In this document: positions 63,739 through 64,000 of the stretch, piece by piece | How the letters are laid out: every line of letters begins with the position of its first letter | How positions within the stretch are numbered: the stretch's first letter is position 1 | Program-made: the position numbers and the translations under genes | NCBI GenBank assembly: GCA_965153285.1 | Contig: OZ229114.1 | Reading direction: 5' to 3' (one strand) | From: Podarcis tiliguerta | Taxonomy: Eukaryota | Length of the DNA: 64,000 nucleotides | Notes under the pieces: generated by a model | Told to the model about the DNA's origin: nothing | Databases searched by the model: none | What the model saw: only the letters and a program-made list of their open reading frames with translations

Positions 63739-64000
63739 GTTAACAAAATTCACACTCCCAAGTTCCCCCCTCACTAGCACTTGAATGGGCAATACGGTTA
63801 TAACGTCATGATTATAACTTACGCTGTCAGCGCTGCATAGGTTTTCAGGCCGCTTTTCAAAATCTTGAAGTGCATCCCAAACCATAAGAATGATCTGTTA
63901 ATGATTTGGGATAAAAGGGGAAGAGAATAGTCTACTTCTCTCATGAAGGGCATCCAGAGGGGACTGAAGCTTCAACATCCCACCCCTTCCATCTCTCCTT

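Overview
Vertebrate nuclear DNA, most likely from a lacertid lizard (Sauria SINEs, Squam-type SINEs, CR1/L2/L1/BovB fragments and hAT/Tc2 MITEs). The window holds the head-to-head IDE-KIF11 pair. IDE (insulin-degrading enzyme) is on the minus strand, exons 1-20 at 43672 down to 621, with the 3' exons beyond the left edge. KIF11 (kinesin-5/Eg5) is on the plus strand, exons 1-12 at 51361-63738, continuing beyond the right edge. Each gene has its own CpG island. All fully visible exons have GT-AG boundaries with consistent phases. The most interesting region is IDE exon 15. Two N-gaps each begin in a phase-compatible exon and fit the mutually exclusive pair 15a/15b. Between them lies an 18-nt element whose reverse complement encodes EYVYAA, resembling the EY(A/T)YAA core shared by both exons, which suggests a competing RNA base-pairing switch. 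Other candidates: an in-frame 15-nt IDE microexon, a uORF plus dual start codons for IDE, a palindrome-rich Tc2 MITE and an ncRNA-like stretch in KIF11 intron 10. Comparisons with human sequences and repeat family names come from recalled knowledge, not from searches.
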